A DNA stretch of 57,651 nt, filler included, from Piptocephalis cylindrospora (lineage: Eukaryota), in NCBI GenBank assembly GCA_003614145.1. It is 5 parts of 5 records of this genome, joined end to end, with 100 filler letters (N's around TTAATTAATTAA, not from the genome) between each part and the next. Parts side by side here need not be neighbours in the genome. Positions count along the whole stretch, not along the records: positions 11,601 to 23,090 come from KZ988000.1; positions 23,191 to 34,659 come from KZ988001.1; 3 more parts are not named here. One strand, 5' to 3'. Below the pieces are notes generated by a model. The model made no database searches and was not told the origin of the DNA. It saw only the letters and a program-made list of their open reading frames with translations. Below, piece after piece: positions 11,898 through 24,881 of this stretch. Made by a program: the position numbers and the translations under genes. The number at the start of each line of letters is the position of its first letter. Position 1 is the first letter of the stretch.

Positions 11898-13766
11898 GGT
11901 TGTGTGGGAATAGGAGGGAGATTGGAAGGCTGAAAAATTGAAGGATGGGATGGAGTACAGTGTGAAAGGGAGGAGATGTGATGAAATGGCGTGTAGTGCT
12001 CGATGAAGAGGAATGAAGTAAAGGCGCGGTGGGAGAGATGGGTGAGGAAACGAGAGAGGGTGGGGGTGATTGATTAAGAAAGTAAAATCAGAAACGATAT
12101 CAGCATGAATGAAGGTAGGTTGTTGTTGAGAGGTGGATAAAGATGGAAGGGAAAGGTGGGAGGATTGAAAAGTGACATGGATGTTTAACAGTGTTTTTAT
12201 ACCTGAAAGCTTCTTGAGAGCTATTCACGGAATGGAGGCAGAATGACGCATTGGTGTGAGAGGTAAGGGAGGGTACGTCATGGAGTTTTGGACACTGTGC
12301 GCTGGTCTATCAGAGCATGTCTAGGTAAAGGAGGATCGCCTCCTCCATTGTTCATCACCATCCTGTTTACAAGAGTTGGATAGAATGAGAGAAGGAGAGA
12401 TATTTGGGGAATAAGGATCTCTTTGTGGTAAGAAGCGCGGAGTTATCACGTCCAGGGGGTACTGAGCCTCTGTCTCAGCCAGTCCCAGGGAGGGTTTGGT
12501 TGGTTCAAGGTGGTCGGGTGCATCCAGTGTGCGGAGCTAAGAGGCACAAGGGCATTTTTTCTGACAGGAACGGCATGTCAAGGCATGCAGATCAGGCCCC
12601 ATGATAAGAGCATCCCCCATCTCCTCCTTTCCTGAAGATACGCGTCTTGGTAGTTGCTCAAATTTCGAGGACCCGGATGGGCCTTTTGAAGTGGAATAAT
12701 CTTTCCAATGGGTACTATATATGCGTACAATGCATGCTCCACATCGCTTGGGCCTTGGCATTTGTTCTCCAAAAAAGTGGCTGTGCAAGGGCAAGAGTCT
12801 CTTCCTGTTCGTTCGCTCACCACCCGACTTGCTCCACTATTTCTATTCTTAGTCTGGAGATAATAGGTTCAAAGCTTACTTCCTTGCGACATCACCTAAG
12901 CGTGTTGGTCGTTAGACTGACGACCATGGCCAGGAAAGGATCGTTAGTGGCTGGAACAGGTAGCAGAGGCAAAGAGAGGGCTTTGGCATTTAATTAAGTA
13001 TTGGCGCGCCATACAGCAGCAAAGGGAGGGAGTGGCACTGGTGCCTTCTCTTTTAACTTTTTTAGTTTTTGGTCCGGGTGCTCCCTTTCCTTCCCTTCCT
13101 AACTCTCGCAACTCTAATAAATTCCATCTTTTCAATACCTTTTCCATAATAGTAATTTAGTAGGTAAAACCAGCCACAATTTACCGTAGTTTTATGTCCT
13201 TGCATGTAGTCTGGCCCTTCGACTCGACCGTCAGTGCTGGAGATGAGAATGGCGGCTCGTCTTTCTTGTAATGGTATGTACACCAGTCTCTGTCTTTGTC
13301 CCCCCCCCCTATCTGTGTATAAGTAGGGATGAGTTTGCAAGCAGAGCAGGGGACATGGGTCTTGTGGAACCGAGAATAGGCGAGAAAATAGTATGGCAAA
13401 TCCCCGCCTCCTCCACCCAAGACCCACTTCCCATCCTGACCAACTCCCCCAACCCGGCCTACAGACCCAATCAGTTAACACGGTTCCCCACACGGTGACA
13501 AAGTATCATGGTCCTAGTGGGAGACTCTCCCACGGTTTCCTGTAGACAAAAGCAGCGGGGAAAATCCCACGCCACACTCACCCAAATCACAAGATATGCC
13601 TTCCTACCTCATGACACATAAATCCCCTTGATCTCATGCCCTCATCCAGGCCTGACGACAGCAGCTGCATCTCTTCTTCTTCCCTGCTCTTTGTGCACTT
13701 CTTCCCACTTTCTTCTTCTACTACCCTATCCCTCCCTCCCTCCTCTACTGCTTGTTCAAACCCAAC

Positions 13767-15607
13767 ATGCTCTCTATGAAAAGGTAGGTTGATCTTTCCT
13801 CTTTTCTGTAAACATGCCATGTTCTCTAGCTCACTCAACTCACCCAACCCATTCTACCCATAGTCTCGCTCCCTCACTGAGGCCCGCACTAACCCGTCGC
13901 ACCCCTCAAGTGCTCGGAAGAGCCCTGTCCACCTCGTTTGTCGCCTCCCAACCCAAAGAAACTCAACTTTACATCAACGGGGAATGGATTAACTCTCAGA
14001 CCCAAGACTGGATTGACCTTCACAATCCGGCCACTCAGGAGCTGGTGACGCGTGTTCCTCAGGCAACGTCCGCAGAACTGGCCGAGGCCGCCCGATCCTC
14101 AGAACTGGCGTTCAAGACCTGGAAGAAGACTTCCATCCTCAGTCGCCAGCGTATCCTCTTGGACCTCCAGGCCAGGATCCGACAGGAGATGGATCCCATT
14201 GCCCGTAGCATCGTGGAGGAGCAAGGAAAAACCTTTACGGATGCCAAAGGTGACGTACTCCGGGGTCTTCAGGTGGTGGAGGCCGCCTGTGGTATACCTG
14301 ACCTTCTCCTTGGAAATACCCTTCCTGTCTCCAAGGATATGGACACCTACACGATCCGGGAGCCCTTGGGAGTCACCGCAGGCATTGCTCCCTTTAACTT
14401 TCCCGCCATGATCCCCCTGTGGATGTTCCCCTTGGCTCTGGCGTGCGGTAACACTCATATCCTCAAGCCATCTGAACGGGACCCTGGAGCGGCCGTGATG
14501 CTGGCCAAGCTGGCGGAAGAAGTTGGAGTTCCCAAGGGGGTCCTTAACATTGTTCATGGTGGGAAGCCCACCGTGGACTTTTTGTGTGATGAGCCCTCCA
14601 TCAAGTCCATCTCCTTTGTTGGGAGCGACACAGTGGGCAAGTACATCCACGACCGAGGCTCCCAAAATGGCAAGAGGGTCCAGGCCAATCTTGGGGCCAA
14701 GAACCACGGAGTATTCCTTCCCGATGCCAACAAGCAGCATTCCCTTGACCAGGTGACCGGAGCTGCCTTTGGGGCCGCCGGTCAGCGGTGTATGGCCCTC
14801 TCCACTATGATTCTCGTTGGGGAGTCCAAGGAATGGTAAATGTTTCTGATAGGGAAGATATTTTGGGATGGGTTTCAATCCATGGGCACTCATCGCTCAT
14901 CTTTAAATAGGCTACCTGATCTGGTTGAAAGGGCAAAGAAGCTCAAGGTGACCGGGGGCATGGAGAAGGGTGCGGATCTGGGTCCGGTCATCTCTCCGGA
15001 GGCCAAAGCCCGGGTGGAGGAGCTGATTCAATCTGGTGTGGATGAGGGAGCCACCCTCCTTTTAGATGGAAGGAATCCCAAGGTAGATGGAAAGTACCAA
15101 AAGGGCAACTTTATTGGGCCTACTATCCTGACTGGAGTTAAGCCCTCTATGCGATGCTACCGGGAGGAGATCTTTGGTCCGGTACTCGTGTGTCTCGAGG
15201 TTGAGACTCTGGATGAGGCCCTTGCCATCATCAACAAGAACCGGTACGGTAATGGCACAGCCATCTTCACTCGTAGTGGGGCGGCCGCTCGCAAGTTCCA
15301 GGAGGAGGTGGACGTGGGTCAAGTTGGTATTAATGTCCCGATCGTAAGTGATTTATCAGGGGGGCATAAATTCTTCTTTTATCTCTTCACTTGATTGCTT
15401 ATCTTCCTCTCACCCCCTCCCCAAACAAAGCCTGTTCCTCTTCCCATGTTCTCTTTCACCGGAAGCCGCGGATCCATTCAGGGTGACATTAACTTTTACG
15501 GCCGGAGTGGCGTGTCGTTCTTTACTCAGTACAAGACCATCACAGCCCTTTGGAGGCATGAGGATGTCTCGGATGCCGAGTTTATGCACATGCCCACCAT
15601 GAAATAA
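13767..15607 (+). CDS. ALDH6A1: Methylmalonate-semialdehyde dehydrogenase (acylating), mitochondrial (ALDH6 family)
   Basis: Exons 13767-13783, 13864-14835, 14911-15343, 15431-15607. Motifs [72 protein letters not shown]. Arg/Ser-rich presequence [18 protein letters not shown]. Confidence 0.95.
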
Positions 15608-16136
15608 GCCGTGCTTATTCTTTGCTGAGGATGGTTCATGTTTTCCTTCAATGAATAAACCTCATCTTTTCTTTTCTCTATTCTCTGCACGTCTTGTCCA
15701 TGCTGTTCTTCACCCACCAGCGTTAATTATTATGTTTGCTTTGCTTTGAAACCCATTTATTTTCTGGCCTTCTCCCAACTATGTTTGTAGGGCTTACCCA
15801 GAAACATTTCGTCTATCAGTGTAGGCAGATAGACCCAAACGTTACCCTATACACAGTTTAGTATATGGACGTGTGGTACCGTTTACCCATGTCTACTCAC
15901 ATCCCACATTGCTCTCTGTAGGGTCCATTTCTCAATTTCACTGGATTTTCACTGAATTTAGACGTGTCGATGTGTGGTAATAAAAAAATTGGCCGCCACA
16001 CGCGATTTCTCTCTTTTTCCCCCAGCCTCCTCTTACATTAGCACTCCCCTCTGTATAAAGCAGACTTCAGATCGCTTCACTTTACCTTCCCCCCCCCCGT
16101 TCTCTCCTCAACTTTCCTTCCTGATCCTTTCGCAAG

Positions 16137-17411
16137 ATGACCACAGTCGATTTTCTCCTTCCTTCCCCCCCTGCTTCCTGGACTGCCGGTACCGGCTCCA
16201 AGGTCCACGGTACCGTGTCTGCCCCCAAAGACAAGCTCCTGGAGGCCGTTGGTCCCTTCTACCACGCTCATGCCCGCCGGTCCCACTACAACCGGACCCT
16301 CTCTGAGGATGACCGCCTTGAGGAGGCCCGTCAGGCCACTGGAAATGGTGACGAGGAGGAGGATGTGGCCAGTGAGCCTGAGGATGACGAGATGCTGCGT
16401 CGTGACCCCAAGGACTGGAAGAACCAGGATCACTATGCGGTCCTTGGCCTGAGCAAGCTGCGGTACCGGGCCAAGCCCGACCAGATCATTCGGGCTCACC
16501 GCAAGAAGGTTCTCAAGCATCATCCCGACAAGAAGGCTGCTGGTGGCAACACCAATGATGATGGCTTCTTCAAGTGTATCCAAAAGGCTTTTGAGATTTG
16601 TATGGACCCGACCAAGCGGGCTCAGTGGGATTCCGTTGATCCCGCCGTCCCCGACACTGCCCCTCCCGCCAAGCTCAAGGGTGATTTCTTCAAGGCCTAC
16701 AGGCCCGTCTTCCGTCGTGAGGCCCGTTTCTCCATTAAGCCCAATGTTCCCGATCTTGGAGATCTGGAGAGCTCCCGGGAGCATGTTGAGGCTTTTTACG
16801 ACTTTTTCTACAACTTTGACTCCTGGAGAACCTTTGAGTATCTCGACAAGGAGGATGTAGATGGCGCCGATAACCGTGACACCAAGCGGTGGATGGACAA
16901 GAAGAACAAGACCGAACGGGCCAAGAAGAAGAAGGATGACAATGCCCGTCTCCGTGAACTCGTGGACCAGGCCCTCAAATCCGATCCCCGTATTGCCCTA
17001 TTCAAGGAGCAGGACAAGACTCGTCGTGGAGCCAAGAAGGCTGCGCGTGAGGCCGAGGAAAAGGCCGCTGCCGAAGCCAAGGCCAAGGCTGAGGCCGAGG
17101 CTGCTGCCGCCGCCGAGTCCGCCGCTGCCGCTGCCAAGTCCCAGGCCGAATCGGCCAAGAAGGATAAGGAGGCCAAGAAGCGCGCCGTCCGTAAGGAAAA
17201 GAAGCTGATCAAGGCCCTTCTCAAGGATAACAACTACTTTGTTTCCGGTGAGGCCGACTCTGCCACTCCCGAGCAGGTCGACTCTCAGCTTGATAAGCTC
17301 GAGCGTGCCTTTACCAAGAACGCTGATGACCTTGAGGGACTTCGCAAGTCCCTTGAGGAGGGTGTTGCCTCTGGCAAGGCTGCTGACATTTTCGACACCG
17401 AATCTGCCTAG
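16137..17411 (+). CDS. ZUO1: Zuotin, ribosome-associated J-domain co-chaperone
   Basis: DWKNQDHYAVLGLSKLRY...HHPDKK J-domain, FYDFFYNFDSWRTFEYLDKED zuotin homology domain, and a charged A/K/E helix. Intronless, strong codon bias, no C-terminal SANT domains (fungal type). Confidence 0.97.
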   Translation: MTTVDFLLPSPPASWTAGTGSKVHGTVSAPKDKLLEAVGPFYHAHARRSHYNRTLSEDDRLEEARQATGNGDEEEDVASEPEDDEMLRRDPKDWKNQDHYAVLGLSKLRYRAKPDQIIRAHRKKVLKHHPDKKAAGGNTNDDGFFKCIQKAFEICMDPTKRAQWDSVDPAVPDTAPPAKLKGDFFKAYRPVFRREARFSIKPNVPDLGDLESSREHVEAFYDFFYNFDSWRTFEYLDKEDVDGADNRDTKRWMDKKNKTERAKKKKDDNARLRELVDQALKSDPRIALFKEQDKTRRGAKKAAREAEEKAAAEAKAKAEAEAAAAAESAAAAAKSQAESAKKDKEAKKRAVRKEKKLIKALLKDNNYFVSGEADSATPEQVDSQLDKLERAFTKNADDLEGLRKSLEEGVASGKAADIFDTESA

Positions 17412-17659
17412 ATCCCCCTATTTCTCCGTCCTTTTGTGCGATGAGTGGTTGGTTGGATGAAATAAATGATCAAGGAGCTGAGGAAGGCTAATCACACTAG
17501 GTCACTTTCATCATGATAGGGAGATACGAAGAGTGTGGGGTCATACAGAAGTAGAGGCTCCGTGAAATGCGCAGTGATCGGAACAAGGATCTTATCTCCC
17601 GCTTCTCATATCACTCTTTAATCATCTCTCCCCAGCCTGGTCCACTTCATCCCCTCGAC

Positions 17660-18355
17660 ATGGACTTGGAGGAAGAACTATTTGGTCCAGAACCTCCCGT
17701 CTTTCATCCTGTACCCCAAGTCTCAGGACTATGGGTGGCGAGGGCTGCGGTTGGGGAGGAAGATCAGGCGCGGGTGAAGAGGGCCATCCGGGAGGCCCAT
17801 CCGGACTTTCTCACTTTACCCCGCCTCAACCAGTCTATGTCCTTTGGGTGCCCCCTACCGCGGTACGCCGAGTTGGCACTGGATCTTCTAGGGCTTTCTG
17901 GATGTAATTTTTTGCAGGAGGCTTTGAACCAGGAAGATTGGGCCCTCATCCAAGACGGGAAGTACTTTACCCAGACCATCCTCAATGGATACCTCCCAGG
18001 TCAAGGGATACGCCCACACGTTGATCTAGCCCGCTTTGGGCACCTGGTCCTTGGAGTGTCCCTGGGTTCAGCATGTGATCTGGAGTTTACCCCGGTCACC
18101 TCGACTACTCTGGGAAGCACTGGATATGATCTGGCCGGGGGAGAGGAGCAGCAAGTGAGCTGGACTGAGCGACTGGAGCCTGGGGATGTCTACTTGATGA
18201 TGGGAGACGCCCGATGGCGATGGATGCATGGGATCCCCGAACGCATGGTCGATATTGTCAAAGGCCAGGAGACCACCCGAGGAACGCGTATTTCCATTAC
18301 CCTTCGACGTCTAGCTGATCTAGGATCGGATGGGGATATGCTCAATGTTCAATAA
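17660..18355 (+). CDS. AlkB-family 2-oxoglutarate/Fe(II) dioxygenase
   Basis: ILNGYLPGQGIRPHVD (N-x-Y, HxD), VSLGS, ARWRWMHGI (distal His) and RISITLR (RxxxxxR). Start at ATG 17660 is preferred; 17567 is possible. Confidence 0.85.
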   Translation: MDLEEELFGPEPPVFHPVPQVSGLWVARAAVGEEDQARVKRAIREAHPDFLTLPRLNQSMSFGCPLPRYAELALDLLGLSGCNFLQEALNQEDWALIQDGKYFTQTILNGYLPGQGIRPHVDLARFGHLVLGVSLGSACDLEFTPVTSTTLGSTGYDLAGGEEQQVSWTERLEPGDVYLMMGDARWRWMHGIPERMVDIVKGQETTRGTRISITLRRLADLGSDGDMLNVQ

Positions 18356-18452
18356 ATACCAGAAACAATAGATAAAAATAGGGGACGCATGCTACAGCCC
18401 CTTTATTGCCCAGCCTCATCCACCCCATCCCCCCTCCCACTGACACATATAC

Positions 18453-20168
18453 TCAGCATTCCTCCTCCTCTTCCAAATCCTTGGATTCCACCACTAGATT
18501 GGCACTGGGCCAAAGCTCCCGAATGTCCGAGAGGACTGAATGTCCATTGGCGCCCTCGCATGGAAATACCTTGCGAGGCATGAGAGAGGCCAGAGTAAAC
18601 TCATACTCATGCACATAATCATCAGGAAGCTCCGTATCAGCTGAGGAGGGGGAAGAGGAGGCAGGATTCTCTTCTTCCATACCATAGGTATCGATGAAGG
18701 TATACACATCCTCCAGAGTGTCGGATCCCCGGAATCGTCGGACTAATCTCCCACCCGTTGCGGTACGGAAGCTCAGACGCACTGTTGGCTCCTCATCTCC
18801 TGCCTTTGGTTCCTCAGGAAGCTCCTGAAGACGACGTCGACGATAGACGTTAGAATAGGCAGCCACCAGGGCTTGTTGCTCCTTTTTCTGAGCAGCCTTT
18901 TCGGCTATTCGTTTCTATCATCATGAGGGGAAACAGTGAGAGGGGGAGAGAAGGGCATTGATTAAAGTCATCATCCAGCTACCTTTTCTCGATCTGCAGC
19001 CAACGAAGCCTGATAGGCCGCATCCTGTTGTTCACGGATCTCCCTGGCCATTTCTCGTTCCCTTCGCTCGGCCCTAAGTGCCTGAAGGGCTGTTTCAAAC
19101 CGTGAGAGCCTCTGGCTGAATCCTTGGACCACCTCATCCACAGGGGCGAGGCCTATGGAGAAGGAAGTGTGAGCAATGGATTCATGAATTGGATTAGAGG
19201 ACTCTCTCTCTCTCTCTCTTCAACTCCCTTCACCCTTACCCTCTTGTACATGCACTGCGCTCATCTGACTTGATCCTCCACCGCCTTGTCGGGGCTTTTG
19301 GACCACCAAAGCCAAAAAGGGATAGGCAGAAACCTGATAGACCCCAGCAACTAATAAAGGCATCATCGGAGGGTAGTGTGAGACTAAAATTCTAATAGCG
19401 GTGCTTCATCAAGTCCCCTAGACATATGCTTACCTTTGGAAGCCTCTTCATCTCGAATATCCCCAGCCCAGAATAGGACGTCGTGAGATCGGGTGAATTC
19501 GTGGAATTGAGGGTGGCAGAGGACCTCTCTACATGGCCATCGGGAGATATCATGGATCAATGGGTATATAGATGAGAAAGATCAGAGTATTCAATACTTG
19601 TCCACCACCTACCGACAAAAGGTATCAGCTTGATCATGTTCTTCAGAATGCAGGTATACCAAGAGAAATTTCAGGTCTGCCTTGGCCTTTGCTAATGCCT
19701 ATTGCATGGATGAGAGGGGATGGGATCAGAGATCCAGCTTAGTATGCTGACAAACAGTACGTTTTCCCACTTACCTCCATATAGGCGCCCTGGAAGAATG
19801 GAACATGATCTGTGCCATAATCATCATCGAATCGAGAGGCAAATCGAGAAGCACACACTTTGGGGTCATCCTCTCGTGTATAGGAGGTGGCCCGCCCAAC
19901 AATGTGCCTTTGCTGACGCCCAGAGATGTAGGCGACTGCTCAAGTAAGAAAGGATTGAGCCAGACGCCGATATAATCGTGACCCCGAAAATATCAAAGGA
20001 CTTACACACGTAGGCCAGTAGAACATAGCTAAGCGATACTGGCCAAAAGACGACTTTAAGCAAGGCAGGAAAGGTCTAGGATTCAGGGGGTGGTAATGGC
20101 TGGTTAAGCGAGGAAGAGCCACGACAAACTAGGATAACAGGCCTTACGAAGCGGTTTTCCTCTTGCAT
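18453..20168 (-). CDS. UBX-domain p97/Cdc48 adaptor, FAF2/UBXD8/Ubx3-like (membrane hairpin, UAS, coiled coil, UBX), multi-exon
   Basis: Spliced MQEENRF|TFPALLKVVFWPVSLSYVLLAYV (hydrophobic hairpin), then DDPKVCASRFASRFDDDYGTDHVPFFQGAYME|ALAKAKADLKFLLVYLHSEEHDQADTFC (UAS), and C-terminal UBX RLSFRTATGGRLVRRFRGSDTLEDVYTFID...MPRKVF...LWPSANLVVE. Further 5' exons cannot be excluded. Confidence 0.85.
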
Positions 20169-20795
20169 GACGAATCGCTAAAGTGGAAAAGAGATGATGG
20201 GAAAGAGAGAGGATCAATAGGGCTGGGAAAGTAAAGGGAGGCGTGGCGAGTGTGGAAGGAAGAAGGCAAAGTCAACTTGAGCCCTGTCCCATCGAGTCTC
20301 CTTGCAAGCGCCTGGGACCTTATCCTCGAGGGCGTGGAGGTCCGCCCCCTTCCCCAGTCTCACACAGTGAGCGTGCTGTCAGTCAATTCATCAGCGGCCC
20401 CAGCTTCATTCCTGGTCTATCTATCCCACTAACCAGATCATTCTGTACTATTGCTTTATTATTAATTGACAATATGTATATATATGGAAAAGAGCATCTG
20501 CTTGGGATCACTCTATTCATACATATTAGGTATTATTGTCGTGATCACACCTTACATTCCAATGGCCATCCATGTCTACATTGGAAGCCTCTTGGGCATC
20601 GATTTACCAACCCTGGTCGCGTTGACCTCCAGTCTCACGTAAACGCCTGCAGGCTGAAGCTAATAAATCACAAGCAGCCCTTCAACTCACCCTTCCCTTT
20701 TTCCCTTCCACATACACCCTTATCCATTCTGCCTCACATAGCAACTATACTCCTCAATTCACCCTGCCTCATTCACCTCCCCTTCCTCCCTTACT

Positions 20796-23090
20796 ATGCC
20801 AGGCTCGGTGGATGGACGTGGCGGCGGTGGGCACATCGGGATGACCCAGCATGACCGCGCCGCCTCTGGAACCTCCTTGTCCGAGTTAATTGCAACCCCA
20901 TCAGCCGCATCCTCCACCCCCTCCACGTCACCTTCACCCTCTCCTGTCCCACCTTTTCACCAGCCGACATCGCCTAATGCTCATCTGATTGGTCCTTCTG
21001 TGCCCTCCACGACCTCGCTCACGGGTAGTACTATCCTTCCAGCTCCCCTCCAAAGTTCCCCATACTTTCATCGACCTGTCGATGTGCCTCTTCCGGAAGC
21101 AGACGGAGGTATGACCGTATCTCCCAACGGTCGAGATGCTGTCCTTGGCACGTAAGTCCTCAAGAAATTATCTGTACCTTCCAGTTCTCCCCTTCTTCTG
21201 ACCACTCTTCTTGTAGACAAGAGGGTCTGTTAGTGGTGGACTTGGAAAGACCCTTTGAGCCTCCAGCTCTCTTAAAGTACTTTACCAACTGGACTCCCAC
21301 CGAACTTCAATGGGCTCCGCATCACGCTAGACAGCATCTCGTTGCTGCCGCTGTACGTCCCTACCCTTCCTTTCCTGCATTCCACTCCCACTCATCCCTC
21401 CATCCTATCACTTACAAATGTCATAGACTAACCAAAATATGGTCATCTGGAATTTAATGGGTCAAAATCCGGTAGATCACGTGGTAAAGGCTCATGCTCG
21501 GGCTGTCACTGACCTCCACTGGTCACCTGTCCAGCCCAACGTCCTGGCCACTGCTTCTTTTGACTCTTATGTCCATCTCTGGGATTTACGAAATACCCGA
21601 AGACCTGCTTCTTCCTTTTGTGCTTGGAATGGTATACGACTCTTATTGTACGGGCATGTATCTGGATGTATCTTCTCACTCCACTCAATCGTCCCTTTAT
21701 GTAGCCGGAGCCGCGCAGCTACAGTTCAATAGTAAGAACGAATTCGTCCTTGCATCTGCTCATGGGTCCATCGTGAAGATTTGGGATACACGCAAGGGTA
21801 CCCTTCCGACCCTGGAGCTGCGGACGAGAGGAAAGCGCGTATATGGTATTGATTGGAACCCGAAAGAGGAGCATGAGATCCTCACATCCACCCAGGACGC
21901 TGTCATTGAATTTTGGGATATTCGGTCTGGAGGACGTAGTCGTTCCAGAATCCATACCGACCATCCCATGCGTCGTGTCCGTTTCACCCCCTTTGGTCGT
22001 GGAGTCCTGGCCATGCCTCAGAGAGGCTCCAATAGCTTACAGCTCTATGCTGCCCCACCCCCCTCATCTCCACCCGCCTTTTCTGGGACTACGGGTGAGG
22101 CGGGTGGAGAAGGGTGGAGTGCAGAAAGGGCTTTTCTTGACCCTTTTACTCCCATCAACGTCACGTCCTCCTCCTCTTCTTCTTCCCCTACTTCTGCTTC
22201 TCCATCTCCATTTCATTCATCTCCATCCTCTCCTACCTCTTCTCCCATCCATTCTATTCCATCCTCTCCCATTAGCCCCATCCCCTTCCCACGGTCCGGT
22301 GAGGATGAGGTAGTGTATGGATCCCCCGTCCACCCGGCTACTCCTGCTTGGACTTTTCGAGGCCACACCGATGCTGTCATCTCCTTCACTTGGAGATCCA
22401 GGACTGAGGGATCCTCGAATCCGCATGATCGGATGGAGAAGGAAAATAGGCATTATCAACTCATCTCTTGGGCTCAGGATAAGCAACTTCGCTTATGGCC
22501 CATTGAATCTCGGACTTATTCGGTAAGTTTTTCCTTTTTCATAAAGACAATGAAAGTAAAAATCCAAAAGAGAAGGGGCATGGTGCTCATCCTACTTTAT
22601 TGTCCTTCCTCAAACAGGCTGTGGGTCAGAGTGTACCAAGAGGCCTGGTGAGCGAGGTTCCGGCAGAGATGGGAAGGTCGTTACGAGGGATAACCCCGCT
22701 ACTTCCCGTTTCCCTGCCGGCCTCCAGAAGGGCCAGGTCCCCCTCGGGTGCATCCTTCTCTTCCCCATTCCCTCCCATCACTTCCACCCTTCATCCCAGC
22801 CTGGCTATTCCTACTCCTCCTCCTCCCACCGCTACGCTCCCACCCCCTCCGCCTCCAGTCCCATCCACAGTTTCTTCCCCGCCTACCCCTCCCCCCCCCC
22901 CCTCTTTGTCCTTGGCAGCGCCCAATCACCCCCTATCCCCCCACCTTCCACCCATTCACCACCCTCCTATTCTGCTCCCTTCCTCTCCTCCTATCTTCTA
23001 TTGCTGAAGGTTCCCATCCCCCCAAATGACCGGAGCCACCCAAACCAACCCTCCCTCGGATACCCCGGCCAAAATGGACTCTACTATCAT
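20796..23090 (+). CDS. MTC5: WD40 protein Mtc5/Sea3/WDR59 (SEA/GATOR2 complex), N-terminal part, truncated by the contig end
   Basis: MTVSPNGRDAVLG...GLLVVDLERPFEPP...LQWAPH...HARAVTDLHWSPVQPNVLATASFDSYVHLWDLR...FCAWN|AGAAQLQFN...LASAH...IWDTRKG...YQLISWAQDKQLRLW, across several GT-AG introns. Confidence 0.85.
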
Positions 23091-23190
23091 NNNNNNNNNN
23101 NNNNNNNNNNNNNNNNNNNNNNNNNNNNNNNNNNTTAATTAATTAANNNNNNNNNNNNNNNNNNNNNNNNNNNNNNNNNNNNNNNNNNNN
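23091..23190. other. Artificial contig-joining linker
   Basis: N44-TTAATTAATTAA-N44. Confidence 0.99.
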
Positions 23191-24881
23191 GGAATGACTT
23201 CATCGGAAAGAATGATGGAGGAGGGTGGGGGAGGAAGGGTCGTTGAAAGGATGGACGGGGGGAAGGGGGGGGGGGGGAGGGGTGGGGGGGGCGGGGGGTG
23301 GGCGCACCTTTCCTCCCCCCCCCCCCCCCCCCTCCCCTGTGATCTGCCTATGACCCAGGCAGTCTATGTGTCCAGGAAAGGACGATATGCACGCGGGTGT
23401 CCCACTCTGTGGCTGGATAGGGGGAGGAATCCTGTGAGAGAAAGGGGGATCAAGAAGGAAGATCATAGGCCCATTGTTCTCAACCGATGGGAAACCAAAT
23501 GCTCTTCCCATAGGTTCTTGACGGAAATGCATTTAAGCCTTGATGGGGAGGGATGAAGAGGAAGGAGATGATGAGAGTCATGGATCAAGATAAGATCGTC
23601 GAGTGGGTCCAGGATGGAACGGTTTCCCCTGATCTCAACTGTGGGCATGTATGGTATTCTCGCATCGTCGCCTGCTAAAGATGTGAAACAGCATCAAGAA
23701 GTTTACGATGGGGCCACTCGGTTGACTTGGACGGGGTGGGACATGAGAAAGGAATGGGGATAGGTGTGGACGGCAGCCAATTTTGGATGATCTTCAGGGG
23801 ATGATGGGAGTTTAAAGGCGTGTTCATCGATGGGTGGATGGCTGTGCTGTATCCCTCCTCTCCTCTCCTCCATATCCTTGGCTCATCTTGCCGCAGAAAA
23901 GGAAATGCTTGGGCACCGAAATGCCTCGAGCGAAGAAGAGATACCTTACCCTTCAAGCAGATCCCATCTATACTGTTAGCTTAAGAACATGGAGCATAGA
24001 GAGACTCGAGTGAGTATGCACATGGTCAGCCCCTCCACCATACCTACACATTCTCTCCCACATACATGTCCAAAGAAGCCCTCCACACACTTCCCCCGCT
24101 TAAAGGACCGCTCCCCCGCTTTTTTCTATGCCCCACCCCGCCCCACTCCGCCTTACCTCACACTAGCCTCTCTTGCCTCCTTCCTCTTTCTTCTTCCTCC
24201 CTCTCCTTGCCTAATCTTAAGCCTTCCTCTCCCTCATCCTCTTCATCTTATCATCTCTTCCCTTCCAAGTCTTTCTCTCGAGAATATCGCCCAATAAAAG
24301 ATAAGACCAGAGCTACTTGAATTATCTCTCTTCCCGCAGGATCCACCCTTCCCGTCTCGTCTCTCCCTGACGACTTCATCAGCGTCCGCTTCCCTCGCGT
24401 TCCCCCTCTTATCTCGCTAACCCGAGTATTATTTGGATCATTTTTCCTCCTCTACTCTCAGCCTTGCGTTTGTTCTTTTTTCCCGCCTCATTCTTCGATT
24501 GGATAGACCAGGTAAGTAATGAGAGAAGATTATCGCTGGGTTATGCTTTGCTCTCTCTGCCCATCTATCTCTGTGTGCGTGTGTGTGTATATATATGTGT
24601 GTGTAAGGCGTGCCTACCCTCTTGTGGGCAGATCTCCAATGGCTGGGCGTCCATACGGAAAAGCGCTCATGAGGTCACGATACTCACGCGTTCTTGCGCG
24701 CCCTCTCAGCAACTATAAATAACACTCCGTCTCTCCATGCTCCTCCCTTCCTCCTCCACCCACTCACCTTTCTAATCCTCCCTGTTCATCCTTTTCCTCT
24801 AGATTCCCGTCATCCTCCCTTTTCTTTCTTGACCATTCTTTTTTTATCACCCCGGCGCTCTTTTCTATCATGGTTCACCCC

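Noticed and set aside
11900..13700. Several 60-140-aa ORFs in the intergenic region upstream of ALDH6
   Set aside because: No motifs, codon bias or coherent splice pattern, and no RNA gene recognised.
22891..23090. Premature stop at 23007 in MTC5/WDR59 after a C12 run, suggesting a pseudogene
   Set aside because: It lies in low-complexity sequence within 200 nt of a contig end, and another frame stays open to the edge; most likely a homopolymer error.
23191..23960. Short Pro/Gly-rich ORFs on both strands at the start of contig 3
   Set aside because: Dominated by G and C homopolymers with no consistent frame or domain. A minus-strand gene start is possible but cannot be supported.
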